A DNA stretch of 57,444 nt, counting the filler, from Sluysia triapertura (lineage: Eukaryota): NCBI GenBank assembly GCA_046118255.1. It is 4 parts of 4 records of this genome, joined end to end, with 100 filler letters (N's around TTAATTAATTAA, not from the genome) between each part and the next. Parts side by side here need not be neighbours in the genome. Positions count along the whole stretch, not along the records: positions 45,142 to 57,444 come from JBJNIA010121638.1; 3 more parts are not named here. One strand, written 5' to 3'. The position numbers and the translations under genes are program-made. Positions 52,329 through 57,444 of the stretch are shown here, piece by piece (position 1 is the first letter of the stretch; each line of letters opens with the position of its first letter). Under the pieces are notes generated by a model. It was not told where the DNA came from and searched no databases. It was given only the letters and a program-made list of their open reading frames with translations.

Positions 52329-54260
52329 TTAATAAATTTTTATACCACAAACATACATTTTTACTTATTAAGCATGTGAAGGCAAGTGTTTATTGTTCTT
52401 AAAATTTAATCCTAGTTTTAAATATACAAGTCTGGTAACTTTCTATTATTATTTGCTAATAGATAAAATCAACATTAGTTTGATATCATTTTGAAATGGA
52501 GATACCTTCGGATTGTCATACAATTCATTATAATCAACATCATTATAAGATTTGGCATATGTTAATGTATGTAATCCGTGATAATTACAGAATTTTCCCG
52601 TGCGCAATCATGGTAACCAGTTTTGTGGATTAAGTGATGGTAAAGAATAACTTACCTTTCTAATCAGTTTATATTGTATTTGCTTCTGATTATAAATAAA
52701 TAAATTAATTTGTTATTATTGTTACTGCGATTTCAACAATAATTTGGTAACAATAAAATAACACTCCATATATTTAGTAATATTAAAATTTTATATATTT
52801 TAAAAACCTTAATCTTGTATATAACAATTAAAAATAATAAATTATTCGATAATATTTCAAATATTTCACTGTCATAACAAATCTAATTAATTCACTGTCA
52901 CAATATCTTACATGAAATTGCTTTTATTGTTGTAGAAAAAAGGAAACAATTTATTTTGTAAACGAAAAGTATTTATTAATTGATTTTGTTTATATTTATC
53001 ATTTAAATTCACTTAAATTTATTAAATCATAAACAATAATTTGAATATAAACTAATATTAGATATAAATTTATTTCAAAAAACGATTTACTAACCATTAA
53101 ATTTGTAAAAATCAAATTTATTTTCTCGAAGAAAGATAATAACTTTTAATATGTAGATGAAAATAAAACGAATAATGCATTAAGTGTCTTCAATCCTTGA
53201 CAGTAAATAATGAAGTACAATGCAGTAGTAAAGATGACGATTAAAATAGGATTTAGAGTATTTAAATGAAAGATGATTAAATATATTTTATTAAGAATAA
53301 GACGTAATCTGCAAAAATGTATTGTGATTGGAGAAATCGAGTTGCAACTTAACTCATTCTTTATGAATGGTTTAAAAATCTTAGTTTTTTGACGTATGTA
53401 CTTACTGAATGGACTTACAATTTTAATTACAACAATTTTTTATGTTTTACTTGCTCAAAGTCTATGTCTAAGTTTGAATTAATTTTTATAATAATTAAGA
53501 AATCACGATTAAAGTTTATTGCTATTATATTTTATTTTAGAATTAAATTTCTTCATTATTTTATCAGAATCCTTATTAAGATACATTAAACTTAAACATT
53601 TAACCAAATTACTAAAGTCTATTATATTCTCAGACTTTAATTTTTTATTAATAACATAAAAAGGGTGAACTACCCATAAAAGAAACAAAAGAAAAGACAC
53701 GGACTTCATAGAATTGTAAATTTTCAGTAAGATTCCGTTGAGACTATCTTCTGGGCAATTACCAAACGAGAAAAGCTTTTTATTAATGACGGCAAGGAGT
53801 AATTAATCAGCAACAAGGACGATATTTTGTCTCGACATCTTCTTTAGGTCAATGAGGTGAGTAACGTCTTGAAATTTGTCATTGTACTTAACATTCACGT
53901 CTTTATTATTGCAAGATTTTAATAGGATTTACATTATGAAAAATGATTCGCGATCTTAGACTTATACACTTAGGGGCTGACTCGTAAGTATCAGCAAGAA
54001 TAATTTATAGATTAATGGAGGTTTAATTTTAAATCTTAAACTAGTTTACAACTGGTTGTTTGTAACTGATGCTTAATGCTAATATGAAGTTTTAAATTTG
54101 TTTATAATTGATTTTTTAATAATCGGTATTTTACTACTGTGTAGTTAAAAAAGGTATCATTACCAATTCAGTTCTTTTTGATAAAATTTTACGTCCTTAC
54201 TAAAAACGGCGTTGCTTGAAACAATTTTTCAATGATTAAAAAAATTTGAATAACTAAAAG

Positions 54261-54404
54261 NNNNNNNNNNNNNNNNNNNNNNNNNNNNNNNNNNNNNNNN
54301 NNNNNNNNNNNNNNNNNNNNNNNNNNNNNNNNNNNNNNNNNNNNNNNNNNNNNNNNNNNNNNNNNNNNNNNNNNNNNNNNNNNNNNNNNNNNNNNNNNNN
54401 NNNN
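54261..54404. other. Assembly gap (N run, no linker)
   Basis: Continuous Ns. Confidence 0.95.
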
Positions 54405-56511
54405 TAGTATATAATCTTTTGTAGCAAAATTTTCAATTTAAAATTACGACACCTGATTGAAAGGTTCATTGGAAAAGTATAAATAATTTTAAGTATGATT
54501 TTACGACCTATTAAAAAGGATTTAACTTAATAAATATAATCTAAAGATTAATTAAGTAGAACTGCGTTATGTATCCTCCGTCAAATAAATCACAAAGTGT
54601 TCTCTGTTAAATGAATAGTGAAGTGTTCTCCGACAAATAAATTTGTTCCAAATCCACTATTACTTGAATACTGAGAAGCCAATAAGACGATAAAATTTTT
54701 AAAGAAATTTTGAAAAATGTAATTTGTGTTGAACTTTATATACTTTAAGCAGAAAGAATACAGTTTCCAACTAATATTGACAATGATTTTGTGTAAATCC
54801 TAAAATACTATTGTCTAAATGCTTGGATGAGTCTCGATGATATCGGAGTTTTGATTGTTAATATTTGTAACAGTTATCATGATCACAGTATTGGCAATCG
54901 GAGACAAGTGCAATTCTATTATTCTTGATTACATAATACCGAAAATAAGGTGGATAAATATATGTTAGCACAAATATATTTTCTATTTAGAATTATGAAA
55001 AGATAATGAAATGAATATGAGATAATTGCTATTAAAGAAGATAATGTAGAAGTGAGCTTGAAATTTCTGTAGAGTGGTTTGTTTGAGATTAAGATCCTCA
55101 ATCATTTGAAAATTGGTTGAATTCTAAAAACTAAAGTTAAATTCATTATTTTTATGAATGGTGTTAATATTAACGATTGTTATTTTAAGGTGAGAAGTAA
55201 TTTAAGTAAAAATAGATTGACTAAATCAGAAGAGAATGATGGTTAATCATTAATCAATTTTTGTGCTTTGTACTTAATAAAGTTTGACAGATCGTACTTG
55301 TAATTGTTATTGTCGGTCTAATTCTCAAAGAAAGTTCTGATGATTTGTGTGAGATAATGTTGGATTGTGAAACCCGGGAATGATTGGATGATGAGAATGT
55401 ATATAAGAGAAGAGTTAGTAATTTTAAGTCAGAAAAAAATAATTCAACAATATGGGAATTTTAACTTTTATTTATCATTAATTTAATTTACGTTAATTTA
55501 TTTTTTGGGGCCTATATAATTTTTATTAAAAATTATATTTATTTTTGAGGGATTATAATATTTTTTATTGATATTTTATTATTGTTTGGGAATCATCTAT
55601 TATTTTAAATGATAATATTGGTAAATTTTTAGGGATTCCGCTCGTTATTTTAATTCCAAATTTTGATTATTTTTGTTGTTATAGAAGAGAATTTAGTTTG
55701 AAACAAAAAATTAATAAATAAATATTTCACATTTTTAGTAAGTGATGATTTATTTTTGCCAGTGCGTCACCCTTAGTTTTTCGATTAAATTATTGTATTC
55801 TGAATATTATTAAAAAATTACTGTTAATTTGAGATTTAGTCATTTTTAGTTAATCCATTTGTGTTATTGTTAAAGTGAAAGCTGATAGTAACGATCCGTA
55901 TTTGATTTGTAATTATTAAATTATTGTGTTGTTATTAATTTAAACTGAAAAACGTACATGTTGGTTTTAATAAATACTATTGCTAAAATAACACATTTTG
56001 TAATAATTTATATTTGATTTTATAGTTATTAAATTTATTGAGATTCTCTAAACTAAACTAACTTGTTATTAACTTATTGTCAAGAATATAAATAAAGATG
56101 CAACAATTTTAATGTTTTAAATTCCTAGATTCTCAAAATGTTTTTCTCTTCATCATTCTTACTCTAACAATGTTTTATTATCACGAAAGTATCACTTTTT
56201 TTAAATTTTCAATTTTACATATTCTTCATTCATTTCTTATCCGAATAAGGTCGTCCCAACAAAATCACAAATAACGTAATTAAAGTTGATATCCAAATCT
56301 CGATAGAATTAAATTTTTCAAATCATTTTTTCTTATTCTTTATTACTATTCTCTGCATTCAGATTTTATAGCTAATAAATTTTAATTTTTTTTCGTATAA
56401 GGTCCTCCTCGTAATTATTTTCCTTCTACATGATATTTCATTCTCAGACTAATTTACTTCTATAATATGTTACTTCTGGTGAAACTGATACTAATGCTAG
56501 ACTTCATTAAA

Positions 56512-56540
56512 TGGACCTACCTGGATTCAACCCGGGTCCT
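56512..56540 (-). tRNA. 3' fragment (T-arm and acceptor strand) of a tRNA-Ala-like gene
   Basis: Reverse complement AGGACCCGGGTT-GAATCCAGG-TAGGTCC-A: degenerate B box, with U70 and A73 as in tRNA-Ala. The 5' half is replaced by the module starting at 56540. Confidence 0.5.
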
Positions 56541-57444
56541 TATGATGGCCAACCTAAGATCTTAAAATTTTAACTTAAATGTACACATAAAAACCACTCC
56601 TCACAATATTCAATAATTCATTTCTCTTGAGATCTTTTAAAATTTTCAATACTTCAGATCATTTTAAGTTCACAGTTTCATAACAATAAAACCATAATTT
56701 ACATCCAAAAATTTCAATCATGCATTGCGAAATTGATTCAAAACATTTAAAGTTCATAATTCTTTAACATTCAACCATTAATATCATTAAAAAACAGTAA
56801 ATTCACACTTTTAAACCACTTTTACATTCAATCTTAACATCTCTAGAACTGCGTGTTATTATTCTTTTGCTTATTCTTAGACTTTTAATAGACAATCAGA
56901 CATAATTAGAAGAATTTGATTTTAAGAAGAAAGATTTAATTTTTTATTCAATTGTCACTCATTATTATCATCATTTTTATGTGCGGTATATTAAAATTTT
57001 ATTAAAAACAACTTCAAAAGAACCATTTTAAGAAAATTGTTTTTTTCAGAACAATGTAAAGGTATCAAAAGAAAGATTGTGTTAAAAGAATAAAGAACTT
57101 ATGCATTTATTTTATTTAATTTTAATATTATAATTATTATTCCATTTATTTACTTTATTATAATTATTATTATCGTCATTTTTATTATCATTATTATTAC
57201 CATTATTATTATTCTTTATGATCATTAGTTACTAATGACAGAATTTCATTAAAAACTTCATTACCTGTCACCATTTCACACTATGCAATCATTAACTTTG
57301 AAATTTCTATGGTGACAGGCACACATTTACTAGTACATACATTGCATACAATGCTTGGTGTACATTTTACATTTTGATTTGACATCCAATCATTTCTATT
57401 CTTGATATATTTATTATCTTCTCTCATTGGATATCCAATCAGAA
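56540..57444 (+). mobile_element. TTGTRGTG-type module, full copy (plus), runs off the window
   Basis: Diverged head ttatgatggcca, C/A skew to about 56850, purine block aaaagaaagattgtgttaaaagaataaagaacttatg, ATT tract, cctgtcaccat/atggtgacagg inverted repeat at 57264-57319, CCAAT boxes at about 57386 and 57434. Confidence 0.6.

Overview
Very AT-rich eukaryotic (almost certainly animal) genomic DNA with no intact gene I can support. It is a patchwork of three things. (1) Decayed host-gene fragments: FN3+TM receptor, SNAP-25 C-terminal SNARE, GRTP1-type TBC N-terminus, axonemal dynein heavy chain, ERK5-like MAPK, netrin EGF repeats, TGS1, a BTB-like domain and three paralogous Unkempt-type CCCH fingers. 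(2) Decayed DNA transposons: two hATs, three Tc1/mariner pieces including one with long IR-DR TIRs, a tiny piggyBac-type MITE and a Polinton-type polB remnant. (3) A recurrent unannotated module, found 9 times on both strands, that starts with TTGTRGTG and runs into several hundred bp of strongly C/A-skewed DNA. In 5 copies this is followed by a shared purine block, an AAT tract and a TGTCAC/GTGACA-rich promoter-like segment, and in three of them it then points into captured or chimeric gene fragments. This module is the best candidate for an undescribed gene-capturing, promoter-donating element. Three of the four gaps carry an artificial TTAATTAATTAA linker, so continuity across them is unproven. 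All protein identifications come from manual translation and recalled family motifs, not from database searches.
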